Below are positions 1 through 11,300 of a stretch of 64,000 nucleotides of DNA, in pieces. The stretch covers positions 1,536,001-1,600,000 of the forward strand of contig OY771555.1 of NCBI GenBank assembly GCA_963674785.1. The letters are read 5' to 3'. Under the pieces are notes generated by a model, which had not been told where the DNA came from, made no database searches, and saw only the letters and a list, made by a program, of their open reading frames with translations. Source of the stretch: Caldisericia bacterium (lineage in GTDB: Bacteria; Caldisericota; Caldisericia; JAAYUI01). The translations under genes were made by a program, and so were the position numbers. Each line of letters opens with the position of its first letter. Within the stretch, counting starts at the first letter, position 1.

Positions 1-787
1 GTTCAACATACGGGGTTATTGATGAAACTGCTTCAATCCATGCAATGCTTGCGATATCTTCTGCTTCGCATTCAATATTTATGCTTCCGTATTCTTTTTC
101 AATGCTTCCGTCAAAACATTCGCCTGGAATAAGGTTTCTTACATCTGAAATTTTCTCATCAGAGTACAGATTGACAGTAATTTTTACAAGATTTTCTTCG
201 TCAGCCTGAATTGTGTTTGCTATTTTTAAACCTGGATGCAGAGGTGTTCCACCAATTACTCTTCCCCAGCTATGTAGTTTTGAAACTTCATTTGCTGATG
301 CCTTGATGATGATGCCGCCATCGGGAAGGTAACCCTGGATTTTTGCACCATTTGCTCTTATATTTTCTGTCCATTCGTTTTTAATTGGGAGGTCAAACTG
401 GACGATGTAGTGGGTATCACCCATTGGCATGATATTTGGAATTGTCAAATCGTTTGGGAGTTCAGGGGAGACTCTTAAAATCCTGTCCCCATCAGCAATC
501 AGCTTATAATCATTAATACTGACTTCTGTAAATGGGATAAATGGATTAACTACAAAGCCGTCACTTTCCAAAGAAGGAACAATGTTTGGTGCAATATTGC
601 AGATTGCAAAATTATCGTACTCTTCAACAATCGATACGCCTGAAACGTGTAAAGAGTCAAAGTTTGTAGCCTTATTCCCAAGCTGAACCTTAAATAATTG
701 TCCATCAGCGTTGGTTGGGATAATTGTGAGCAGGCTGAAAACCATTATAAAAGCCACAACAATAGCGATTGTCTTAAATCGGTGCAT
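1..787 (-). CDS. Secreted protein (partial, runs off window start); probable S8 subtilase, signal peptide and propeptide region only
   Basis: Not in the ORF track. Hand translation from ATG at 787 (GGAGGTG SD at 791-797) gives MHRFKTIAIVVAFIMVFSLLTIIPTNA (signal peptide), then YIVQFDLPIKNEWTENIRANGAKIQGYLP, which resembles KP-43/TagABC-type subtilase propeptides. The catalytic domain would lie outside the window. Confidence 0.6.
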   Translation of the reverse strand, partial: MHRFKTIAIVVAFIMVFSLLTIIPTNADGQLFKVQLGNKATNFDSLHVSGVSIVEEYDNFAICNIAPNIVPSLESDGFVVNPFIPFTEVSINDYKLIADGDRILRVSPELPNDLTIPNIMPMGDTHYIVQFDLPIKNEWTENIRANGAKIQGYLPDGGIIIKASANEVSKLHSWGRVIGGTPLHPGLKIANTIQADEENLVKITVNLYSDEKISDVRNLIPGECFDGSIEKEYGSINIECEAEDIASIAWIEAVSSITPYVE

Positions 788-928
788 GTCCACCTCCATT
801 TGATTCTGCCAATAAATCCTGAAATAAAAAGACATTCGTACTATATATTAATAAACTGTTACTTTCAAGTATTATGAGATTTTTTCAATAATGAGAAGAT
901 TTTGCACATTTGTATTTTTAAATCGATA

Positions 929-958
929 TTGACGTTTTACCTTCCTTTTCTGTATACT
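929..958 (+). promoter_or_regulatory. sigma70-type promoter of rel operon
   Basis: TTGACG (929-934), 18 nt spacer, TATACT (953-958); the ATG follows 7 nt later. Confidence 0.65.
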
Positions 959-965
959 ACTCTCC

Positions 966-2942
966 ATGTCTGTAGAAAGCAAAACGCCTCTTGAGTTATT
1001 TGAAGAACTTGTTGATAAAGCCAAGTACCTTGTTGATGTAAGGGATGACCTCTACAAGGCTTTCGATATTGCAGAGCGTTATCACGATGGGCAAAAAAGA
1101 GAAAGTGGCGATCCCTATGTTACGCATCCTCTTAATGTCGCGATACTTTTGACTGAGCTTGAGGCAGACCTACCTACTCTTCAAGCGGCAATTTTACACG
1201 ATACCATAGAAGATACGTCCATGAAGGAAAGCACTATTTCCGATCATTTTGGAAAAGAAGTTTTGGAATTAGTGTTGGGGATGACAAAGTTATCAAAAGT
1301 TAAATTTAAATCCAGCAAAGACAAACAGCTCGAAAATATTCGAAAAATGCTTCTTGCGATGGCAAGTGATATTAGAGTAGTTTTGATAAAACTTGCAGAT
1401 CGACTTCATAATATGAGTTCAATTGGTATTTTCCCTAGAAAAAAACAGACTAGAATTGCCCAAGAGACAATGGATATTTTTGTTCCTCTTGCTGGAAGGT
1501 TAGGGATATACAAATTTAAGTGGCAGCTCGAGGATTTGTGTTTTAGGTACCTTGATCCAGATACGTACAAAGAACTTGGGAAGAAGGTAGAATTAAAAAG
1601 GTCTGAACGCGACCTTTTTGTTGGCGAGTTATCTCTAGAATTGAAAGCGCTTCTTGAGGATGCCAAGGTAAAAGGCGAGATTTCAGGAAGAGTAAAAAAT
1701 CTATATAGCATTTATAAAAAAATGAGAAAAGAAAACAAGAATCTTGATGAAGTTTTTGACCTTCATGCAGTTAGAGTTCTTGTGGATGATATACCAACAT
1801 GTTATAAGATTTTAGGACTTGTACATGCAACTTGGAAACCTCTTCCTGGCCGAATAAAAGACTATATTGCGATCCCAAAATCAAATGGTTATCAATCATT
1901 ACACACAACAGTAATTGGATCAAATGGTAGCCCAGTAGAGATCCAAATTAGAACATTTCAAATGCACGAGGATGCTGAGTATGGGATATCAGCACATTGG
2001 AAATACAAAGAAGGAAAAAAGACTTTCAGTGCCAATTACGAGCAAAAGCTCAATTGGCTGAGACAGTTACTCGAATGGCAGGGAGAGCTTGAGCCATCAG
2101 AGGATTTTGTAGAACGTGTTAAGACCGATTTGTTCTCTGATGAAGTTTTAGTTTTTACTCCCAAAGGAGACATTATCAATCTTCCCGCTGGTGCAACCCC
2201 TATTGATTTTGCCTACAGGATTCATACTGAGGTTGGGCATAGTTGCAATGGTGCGAAAGTAAACGATAAAATCGTCCCGCTGACATACAAACTCAAAACG
2301 GGTGACCGTGTGCGCGTAATGACCAGCAAAAAAATCAGAGGTCCGTCAAGGGATTGGTTGAGTATTGTTGCGGCACACTCTACAAAATCAAAAATCAGAC
2401 AGTGGTTTAAGAAAGCCTTGGAGTCAACAGAGGTAGCCCATGTACCTGATAAACCAAAGGCTGCCCCGCAGAAGAGAAAGCCAATCAAGGTTGGTAAAGA
2501 AGGTGCACTTGTTGAGTTGGAAGGAATTGATAATTCACCAGTTGTGCTTGCGCATTGTTGCAATCCAATCTTTGGTGATGAGATAGTTGGATTTATAACT
2601 AGAGGGCGTGGGGTTAGTGTACACAGGACAACTTGTCCTAACCTCAAACATCTATCACACGAGAATGATCGATTTGTGAAAGCAAGATGGGTTGATGAAT
2701 CAAAGCAATCATTCATTGTCAGAATTTCTCTTGTTGTTGAAAACAGAACTGGAGTCCTCGCGATGCTTTCTGGGATAATTTCTGAGATGGACATAAATAT
2801 CCAGATGGCAAAAGCATCTAAGATAGACTCAAAAAGAACCAGATTGATTTTTGCCCTTGAAGTGACATCAAATAGGGAGTTGAACGACACGATTGCCAGG
2901 CTTGAGCAGGTTATTGAAGTAAAGAAAGTCACAAGACAATGA
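966..2942 (+). CDS. relA: Bifunctional (p)ppGpp synthetase/hydrolase (long RSH, Rel/SpoT)
   Basis: HD hydrolase (ILHDTIED, KLADRLHNM), synthetase (RIKDYIA, YQSLHT, EIQIRT), TGS (FTPKG...TPIDFAY), CC zinc domain and ACT domain. Confidence 0.97.
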   Translation: MSVESKTPLELFEELVDKAKYLVDVRDDLYKAFDIAERYHDGQKRESGDPYVTHPLNVAILLTELEADLPTLQAAILHDTIEDTSMKESTISDHFGKEVLELVLGMTKLSKVKFKSSKDKQLENIRKMLLAMASDIRVVLIKLADRLHNMSSIGIFPRKKQTRIAQETMDIFVPLAGRLGIYKFKWQLEDLCFRYLDPDTYKELGKKVELKRSERDLFVGELSLELKALLEDAKVKGEISGRVKNLYSIYKKMRKENKNLDEVFDLHAVRVLVDDIPTCYKILGLVHATWKPLPGRIKDYIAIPKSNGYQSLHTTVIGSNGSPVEIQIRTFQMHEDAEYGISAHWKYKEGKKTFSANYEQKLNWLRQLLEWQGELEPSEDFVERVKTDLFSDEVLVFTPKGDIINLPAGATPIDFAYRIHTEVGHSCNGAKVNDKIVPLTYKLKTGDRVRVMTSKKIRGPSRDWLSIVAAHSTKSKIRQWFKKALESTEVAHVPDKPKAAPQKRKPIKVGKEGALVELEGIDNSPVVLAHCCNPIFGDEIVGFITRGRGVSVHRTTCPNLKHLSHENDRFVKARWVDESKQSFIVRISLVVENRTGVLAMLSGIISEMDINIQMAKASKIDSKRTRLIFALEVTSNRELNDTIARLEQVIEVKKVTRQ

Positions 2943-3388
2943 GGGCAGTTGTTCAAAGAGTAACAGACGCTTCTGTTGTTGTTGATTCGTCTGTGGTTTC
3001 TTCGATTGGAAATGGATTACTTGTTTTACTATGTGCTGTTTCAGGCGATGATGAAAAAGATGTTGAATACATAACAAGAAAAATCTCCAGTCTTAGGGTT
3101 TTCCCAGACTCAGATGGAAAAATGAACTTGAATATAAATCAGGTTGGTGGGTCAATTCTTCTTGTATCTCAGTTTACCTTGGCTGGAGATGTCAGAAGGG
3201 GAAATCGACCGGAATTTACAACTGCAATGCGTCCAGAATCTGCGACGGTAATGATTAACCAGATCGTGGATATTTTTAAAGGTAACAATATCAAAGTTGA
3301 ACAAGGAGTGTTTGGTGCTCACATGGAGGTTAAGCTGACCAATGATGGTCCAGTGACCATACTTCTTGATTCGAAGAAGGTGTTTTAA
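2939..3388 (+). CDS. dtd: D-aminoacyl-tRNA deacylase
   Basis: MRAVVQRV, SQFTL and NDGPVT motifs; usual position after rel. Confidence 0.97.
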   Translation: MRAVVQRVTDASVVVDSSVVSSIGNGLLVLLCAVSGDDEKDVEYITRKISSLRVFPDSDGKMNLNINQVGGSILLVSQFTLAGDVRRGNRPEFTTAMRPESATVMINQIVDIFKGNNIKVEQGVFGAHMEVKLTNDGPVTILLDSKKVF

Positions 3389-3391
3389 AAA

Positions 3392-4042
3392 ATGACTATT
3401 GAAAGATTTCCAAATGGAATGCTCGATGTAAACACTTACCTTGTTTACTCTGACAAAAAAAATGCTGTGGTGATTGACCCATCATATGAAGTTCAACCAG
3501 TCCTTGATAGAATTGAAGAACTTGGTTTGAATTGTGTTTATATCATCAATACACATGGACATGCGGATCATATATCTGGTAACTCTGTAATAAAGAATGC
3601 AACAAGTGCAGATATCTTAATTCACGAAAATGCAAAAGATGCATTGGTGAATCCAAAATCAAATCTTTCAATCTCTCTTCCTCCAATTGTAGAATCACCG
3701 CCAGCAGATAGAGTTCTTTGCGATAATGACGAGATTTTAGTTGATGATGGTTTGAAATTGAAAGTTTTGTTTACTCCTGGTCATTGCCCTGGTCACGTCT
3801 GTCTCCTTTGCGAAAATAATGCGTTTACAGGCGATTTGCTTTTTGCTGGGTCAATCGGAAGAACCGATTTTCCAAACTGTGATATTTATCAGATGAGAGA
3901 TTCTCTAAGAAGGATAAGCAAAGAGATCCCAGATGATTTTAACATCCTCCCGGGACATAATGAAACAAGCACCCATATAAAAGAAAAAAGCTCTAATTAT
4001 CTATACAAAAGTATGATAAGAGGAGATATATCCGATCTATAA
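3392..4042 (+). CDS. MBL-fold metallo-hydrolase (glyoxalase II-like)
   Basis: THGHADH, TPGH, GDLLF, GRTDFP and PGH motifs; common rel-dtd-MBL synteny. Confidence 0.92.
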   Translation: MTIERFPNGMLDVNTYLVYSDKKNAVVIDPSYEVQPVLDRIEELGLNCVYIINTHGHADHISGNSVIKNATSADILIHENAKDALVNPKSNLSISLPPIVESPPADRVLCDNDEILVDDGLKLKVLFTPGHCPGHVCLLCENNAFTGDLLFAGSIGRTDFPNCDIYQMRDSLRRISKEIPDDFNILPGHNETSTHIKEKSSNYLYKSMIRGDISDL

Positions 4043-4045
4043 TCC

Positions 4046-4636
4046 TTAGAATTTCCTGAATACTCCTTTTACTCTACCAACGATAACGACCGATTCTGGA
4101 TTTATTACAGCTGAGTCTTTTTTTGAGTCAGACGGTTTTATAACAATTTTTGTACCAAAATGAAATAATTTTCCCAGTATCGGCTTGTATCCGTCGATTA
4201 GGCCTATAATTGTGTCACCGTCCATAATTCCGTTTCCAGGTATAGCAATTACAAAATCACCATCTCGTACCCCCTCTTCTTCTAGTGATTTTCCCTGGAT
4301 GGCAACAGCAACACAATCAGAGTTTCTCCCAAAGATTTTATTCATCTTCAATGAACCAAGGTCGCGACTTGTTTTGTTAATTATATCTTGAAGAGTTGTA
4401 ATTTTAAGATTCGGTGCACTGAAATCTTTAAGTTGCATTGATCTTGCTTTATTTGGGTGTTTTTCTAAAAAACCTTTACATATCAGCCTTGAAACATGTT
4501 CATGGACTGTAGAAATTGACGATAACCCCATAGCCTCCCTTATCTCATCGAGACTGGGTGCAAATCCGTGATCAATCGAAAAATCACTGATAAAACCGAG
4601 AATATCCTTCTCCCTTTTTGTAAGATATTTTTCCAT
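4046..4636 (-). CDS. lexA: LexA-family repressor with degenerate S24 peptidase domain
   Basis: N-terminal LexA winged HTH (LTKREKDIL...GFAPSLDEI...GLSSISTVHEHVSRL...KGFL...ARSM). The C-terminal domain is S24-like (GKSL..EGVRDGD, IVGRVKGVFR), but the cleavage site and catalytic Lys are not evident. Confidence 0.85.
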   Translation of the reverse strand: MEKYLTKREKDILGFISDFSIDHGFAPSLDEIREAMGLSSISTVHEHVSRLICKGFLEKHPNKARSMQLKDFSAPNLKITTLQDIINKTSRDLGSLKMNKIFGRNSDCVAVAIQGKSLEEEGVRDGDFVIAIPGNGIMDGDTIIGLIDGYKPILGKLFHFGTKIVIKPSDSKKDSAVINPESVVIVGRVKGVFRKF

Positions 4637-4978
4637 TATCGGTCACCTCTCTATCATTCATACGATATTTTCGGCGAATCAGTTCATAAATTTCTCTTAA
4701 CCTTGTGTGTAATAATTTTACGAAAAAAAACCGAAAATGCAAATCGCCAATAGATTTGCTCAAAATACGTCACCCGATGTCTGTAGTTGAGTTTACATGC
4801 ACTTGCTACAAAAACACCTCATATCACTAAATATTGCTCCAGACAGTGATTCTATTCTGTATAAATACACTAAACAGCTGATTAATATATATAAATTATT
4901 TTTATGCAAATATATATTAGTAAAGATATGATAACACTCAAATCAATATATCTACAATAGCAAAAAGCATAAAACCTA

Positions 4979-5007
4979 TTGACAAGTCGCTATATAGCAC
5001 ATAGACT
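4979..5007 (+). promoter_or_regulatory. sigma70-type promoter for HTH gene / giant-protein operon, with palindrome in the spacer
   Basis: TTGACA (4979-4984), 17 nt spacer, TAGACT (5002-5007); perfect palindrome GCTATATAGC at 4989-4998. Confidence 0.7.
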
Positions 5008-5036
5008 ACGTGACTGAAGTAGATTGGAGGCGGTTT

Positions 5037-5249
5037 ATGGAAGATAAAAAATTGCTGAGCCTTAAGGAGGCTGCTGAATTACTGGGTATCCATTACACTA
5101 CGATGCGTCAGTATGTGCGTAAAGGGAAATTCCCAGTCGTTCGAATTGGTCGACTTCTCAAGATAGAAGCTTCTGATCTGGAGTCATACATCAAAAGCAA
5201 CAAAGTGATCCTTAGAGAAGATGACTTACAGAAAGAAGATGAGGAATAA
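5037..5249 (+). CDS. Small excisionase-family (HTH_17/MerR-like) DNA-binding protein
   Basis: LLSLKEAAELLGIHYTTMRQYVRKGKFPVVRIGRLLKI pattern. GGAGG SD before the ATG at 5037 favours this start over 5010. Confidence 0.88.
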   Translation: MEDKKLLSLKEAAELLGIHYTTMRQYVRKGKFPVVRIGRLLKIEASDLESYIKSNKVILREDDLQKEDEE

Positions 5250-5380
5250 CCATAATACCAACCGTTGGATAAACCAAATTCAGAAACCAAAGGTATTCTT
5301 GGTATGTTCGAGGAGTTCAGAATCATAAAGATTATTCAAAAAGGCACACTAATTTGTGTGAAAACTGAAAGGAGTGCCAA

Positions 5381-8300
5381 ATGAAGAAGCTGATAAATAT
5401 CGTGTTGTCATTACTTATGATGGCAAGTTTAATAACTGTTTTGCCTATGGCATCAGCAAGTGCTGCAGTTGCGGGAACACTGAATATCACAGTTGATCCA
5501 GCAGTCTGTGGAGAGGGGGCGGAGATTGTTCTTGAGTTTGAACAGGCTCCGGGAACTTTTAGCGGGTTCAACGTAACCTTTCTTGGAGGAGAGCTTCTTC
5601 CACCGACCTCAACCACTTCCTACAATTACTATGTGACTATGACAGTACAGGATAATGATTTGTTCACACCTTATCCTGTTTCTCAGTATATCGAATCGAT
5701 CACCACAAGTGGAAATACGCTTGAGATGAGGTTGATGAATGATTACACAGTCACAGGCACAAATGATGAGGTAAAGATTACCATCAATGAAAGCTTTGGC
5801 ATCAAATTACCACCTTGTCCTAATTGTGGACCACAAAACATTCAGGTTGAGGATGTCGATGCGGCTGGTACTCCATCTGGAGCAATTGCCATTAGCTCGT
5901 ATGAATTGATGGGAAAAGTTACTGAGATCAAGGTTTTGAGCGATCCCAACACTGCATCTTCATCAACATCAAGTTATTACTATGGTTATGGTTCAACTTC
6001 TTCAAATACCAAGTTCGGTGTCCTTTTTAGAAGAGATAGTTGTGGAGCACTCGATACAAATGAGTATATCCAGATAAAGTTTCCATCAAGTTTTGGTGGA
6101 TATACAACTTTCCCTGATGGTTTGCTGGATAGTTCAAAAGTAAGAGTTTGGCATGATCCTGTTGCCCCAATTTTCCAAGATACAGTAAGCCATCTTGATG
6201 GCGCACCATATTGGGTTCCATCAACTTCAGTTCCAGTTCTTGCTGTTGAGGCTGACTCAACACAAAGAACGATCACTGTGTATCTTGATGCTGGTGCATC
6301 AATTGCAGCAGATGACTATGTTAGTGTGATTTTTGATAAAGATATTGGCGTATCTCTTCCAACCACTGCGGGTTACCAGACGATTGAGGTTTCAACAACC
6401 GAAGAGTCATATTATGCAACTTCACCAGATTTTATGGTTGCAAATCAGGCTACCGTTGTTGCAAGATCAAATGCCGCAGGAGCTCAGGATGTTGAATACA
6501 ATATCGAGTGGAGTTTGCCAACTGGAATCACGCTCTCGGGAGATGCAGGGGACTGGATTGAGATTCAATTCCAGGATCTAGAAAATCTGAATTGGCCACT
6601 TTCCTCAAACACCCCGTTTGCACCCGGAATTGGCAATTATCCACCAACAGTCGCATTCACAAATTCTTCATACAGTTATTATTATAGTGATGTTGAATAC
6701 GGATCTGTTGTAGAGCCAACAGCACCAACTGCAACATTAAGAATCTATCTTCCACTTGGATATACTATCACTTCGGGCTCAAAATTTACCATGACTATCG
6801 ATCATCCAACACTCGACAACAATGTTAACCCTGGAAGATATAGGGTTATGCTCAAGCATAATAAAGATACTTCAAATACCTGGTCGTACTCAAATTATTT
6901 TGCTTTAATTGATGGAGTAATCTTCAATAGTGGATATGTCATTGTTGAGCCACCAACAGTAAGTAAAGAAGCTCAGTACACAATCCTCTTCGAAGTTGGA
7001 CAGGAACTTAGACCAGGTCAACAGATATTCATTGAATTCCCACAGGAAACTTCATTCACAAATTATACATCAATTCCAGCAGGTGGAGTCTGGTTGGTTT
7101 GGGATACGGTTACACCAACGTTTGGGGCAGATGATTGTGATATTAATTACAATACTGGAACGTGGGTTGAAGGCTTGCCGAGACCTCTTGAATTGAATCC
7201 GTCGATTTCAACAACAGGAACCAATAGAAAGGTAACCCTCACGCTTCCAGGTTCACCAGGTGATTATGTTATTAATGACACCGGTGATAATTTTGTTGCG
7301 ATCAGATTCTGTCTGAATGCTGGCATAAAAAATCCAATGACTGCAGGAATCTATAATCTTGAGGTTTCCACAACAACTCAGCCTGAAAGCTCTCTTTCTG
7401 CCCCATACACAATATCAACCTCGATTACAAATGTTGAGGTAACACCAACACCAAATGCAACATGCTCAAATGGAGTCCAGTATGAGGTCTCATTCAATAC
7501 AGGCGCAAACGGTGGGCTTGATGGTTCAGCCGGTGACTATATTGATATTGATTTCAGAGATCTAAACAAAAATCCTGCCCCTGATTATGCTTCAATCCTA
7601 AATACCTTTGAGTCAACCCAGGCTGTAACTGAAGTATCAGGATATAGTTCACCACCATTTGCAAGTTCAATGGCTTATTGGACAATCGGATTTAGAACCG
7701 GTGCTGCATTGGTTGCAGGCGATACAATTGATCTTCAATTCCCTCCGAATGTCACAGTTCCTGGAAGCATAAATGCAACAGATGTATTTATTTTTGATGC
7801 AACAGTTGCAGCACCAAGCATCTTTGATAACGATGTTCTTGGTGCAGGAGTTACCAATCCATCTGCAGTTGTTGTGGATGGAAACAGAATTACTCTTACA
7901 ACTTCCGCGGGATATGTGATTGACCAGATGATCTATATTAGATTCAGAAGGGCAGCAGGAATCATCAATCCATCTGCTCCAGGTTCAGCATACACAGTTA
8001 AGGTTGCAACATTGCAGCAGCCATATTTTACGCCAGGATTCTTTGCAATCACCGAAGACTTTATTCCGGATTACGGTGCACAGGTACCAACAGCTGATCC
8101 TGAGTGGAGAACAAATACAGCCCCAAGCCCTCTTACCGATGTATTCTGCCCAACTCCAATCCCAAATTCTGCAAGCTCTCCAGCACAGTATATCTTCTCA
8201 GTAAGAACACACGAAACTTGTCAGTTTTCTGGGTCAACTCTTACCGTCCAGTTCCCACAGGGGACATATATTCCAAGTTCAATTGACCCAAGTTTTATTC

Positions 8301-11300
8301 AACTTCGAACACAGGCAGATACTGCATTTTTGTTTGCACCAGATTCTGCATGTTCAACAGGAACATCAACGCCTGCATCGGTTACAATCGATCAAACAGC
8401 AAGAACAATTTCATTCCCTCTTCCTGCAGCATTCAATGCAACTCAATTTGCTCATGTTCTTATCTGTAGAGACGCTGGAATCAGAAACCCTCCAACAGTT
8501 GGTGTCAATTATCAGCTTGGAATTACTATTCAAGGAACAGCAGGTTGTTCTGGTGGTGAGGTTGAAGTAAAGGCCACTTCAGAATATTTTGCAATTACAC
8601 CTGCACCAATTGGTGGAATTATCCCACCACTCCACACAATAAACATTGGCGGTGGTTATTATTATTATGGTTATTCATCAAACCACCCAAGCAGTGTTGT
8701 CGCAATTGGACCACAGGCACTTAGAATTTATTTACCAGCAGGTCTCAAGATTCAGCAGACCCAGTCAGTTACAGTTACCTTCACAAGTGCATCAGGTCTT
8801 GTAAACACTTGTACAGAAGGTGGATATATTGCAAAAGTCAGGACATCAAAAGAAACATCATGGGTTGATAGTACTCAATATTCAATTGTTGATACCGTGC
8901 AGTTTAGTTGCGGAACATATCCTGATGTAAATCCACCATCCACATCAACTGAGGCACAGTATGATTTGAGTTTCACAGTTGGACAAACTGGTGGACTTGA
9001 AGCTGGTGTTGATACAATCACTGTTGCATTCCCAAGTTCAACAACCATGAATAGTTTTAACATGCCGGCAGGATCAATCTATGTTTCAACTCTCCCAATT
9101 ACTGGAGGGTGCCCTGCTGATTCTCCAGCAAAAGTTGTCACACTTCCTCCAACTGCCTCAGGAACGGCGGTAACATTTACTACACCAATCCATATTGGAA
9201 ACAGTCAAACGGTTTATGTCAGATTCTGCAAATCTGCAGGAATCAAAAACCCATATCAGGCTGGAAGTTATACGCTTCAAGTGAAAACATCGAAACAACC
9301 TAACTATGGTATCTCCTGTAGATATGCAATTGGAACAGCAATTTCTGACGTACAGGTTGAACCGATCCCAGCATCAGCTTGCAACGAAAATACTCAGTAT
9401 AAGCTCACATTTAAACAGGGAAGTTCGGGAGGACTTAAGGGTTCGAACGGTGACTATATAGATATTGATTTCTATCATCCAGATAACCCTGGAACTGATA
9501 TGGCTTCTATAAGCAATATCTTCACAGCTATAAATACTCCATCACCATCATCGGTCACAGTTAGTCCATACGGATATTCGTACAGTTATGGCAATAGCTA
9601 TGCTAGTGCTGTTGAATGGGTGGATACGCCACAAGGGAAGAAACTGAGGGTGTATGTACCCGCAGACTTCACCTCATCATCCTCTGGACAGATTACCGTG
9701 ATATTTGAATCAGGTGCTGGACTTGATAATACCTGCTTCCCAGCACAGTACAAAGTTAGAGTCAGCACAAGTCTTGAACAGGAAGAGGTTGATTCCTCTC
9801 CGTATTCCATTGAAGATGCTCCAAGACAGATTACAGTTGATGTCAATCCATCAACGATCTCAGAGGAAGCTGAATACACAATCAGATTCCAGGTTGGTGC
9901 AAATGGTGGCTTGACTGCAAACTCTGACACAATCACAATCGCATTCCCATCGGGTACAACTGTTCCTTATAACTCGATTTCAGCAGGCTCAATATGGATT
10001 GCGGAAGCATCAGACTTTACAAGCACTGGTTGTCCACCAACTCCTGTTGGTGGTGGGTCAGCTGTGCAGGTACAACTCCCACCAGATATTTCAGGTCAAA
10101 GTGTTACTTTCACAACACCAATGAATATTTCAAACAATGCACAGGTTGTTGTGAGATTCTGTCTTAATGCGGGAATCAAGAATCCATATACTGCTGATGC
10201 CTACAGACTTCAATTGAAGACATCCAAACAATCTGCATATGGAATATCTGAGCCATACGCAATTACATCAGCAATCTCTGATGTTAAAGTCTCGCATACA
10301 CCAAACATTATTAATGAGTGTGATGTTGAAGTAGAAGTGGAATTCAAAAATGCAAACACAAGCTTGTCGGGTGACCTTGGAGACTATGTTGATATTCAGT
10401 TCCAGGATTTTGTAAAGAATCCAGGCCCAGATTATGCATCAATCTCAAATAACTTCTCATCAAGCACCTCAATTGCAAATCTTACCGTTCATCCATTGAC
10501 ACAGCCATTTGATGCCACTGCAGTTCCATGGAATACATCAAGATGGGATATTGATTTCATGACGGGAACTGGTGGAGCGTTAACTACTGGTGACACAATT
10601 GTTCTTGATTTCCCCGCCAACTGTTCAATGACAGTTGCATCGCTTACAAACAGACTTTTCCTTTCTGATGAACAGTGGGATGAGTATTCATTCTATGCTG
10701 GTGATAACTATATCAATGCCGGTGGAGTAGCAAAACTTGCCGTTCCAGCTGCAATGATAACCGTTGTTGGAACAAGGGTAACAATTACAAACCCACCAGT
10801 TGCAGCAGGAGGAATTGATGTTGGAGATGGTGAGACTGTTTATATCAGAGTTCTCCAACAGGGAATCACAAATCCATCAACTGCCGGAGACTCATATGTT
10901 CTTCAAGGATACACAAGTACTCAGCCAACATCTGCAAACTCAAATTACTTTGGAATTTCCTCACTCAGACCAACAAGAGCTCCAGTCCCAATTATTGATA
11001 TGAACTGGGTTGGCCCTAACCCAATTCATAAACTTCCACCAAGCATACACACAAGCACTGCAGGACAGTCAGCTCAGGTGGACTTGATGCTTGAACTCAG
11101 ATCTAACTTTGATTCAACACTTCTCCCAACACCACAGCTTTCTGTTACCTTCCCAACTGGATTTGTAGTTCCATCATCTATTTCTGCAAATGACATTTGG
11201 TTATCTGTTGCAACAGCACCTGCTGGAGTCGGATATCCATTCCTCAATTGCTCAAATTATATGGGGACTCCATTTGTTGACTCAACAGCTCCAGCGGGAA

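Noticed and set aside
4637-5036. Canonical SOS boxes upstream of lexA
   Set aside because: CTGTATAAATACACTA does not complete CTGT-N8-ACAG, and CGAATCAGTTCA does not fit GAAC-N4-GTTC.
4046-5249. Prophage or ICE suggested by repressor plus excisionase-like gene
   Set aside because: No integrase, att repeats, replication or structural phage genes are present, and the flanks are housekeeping genes.
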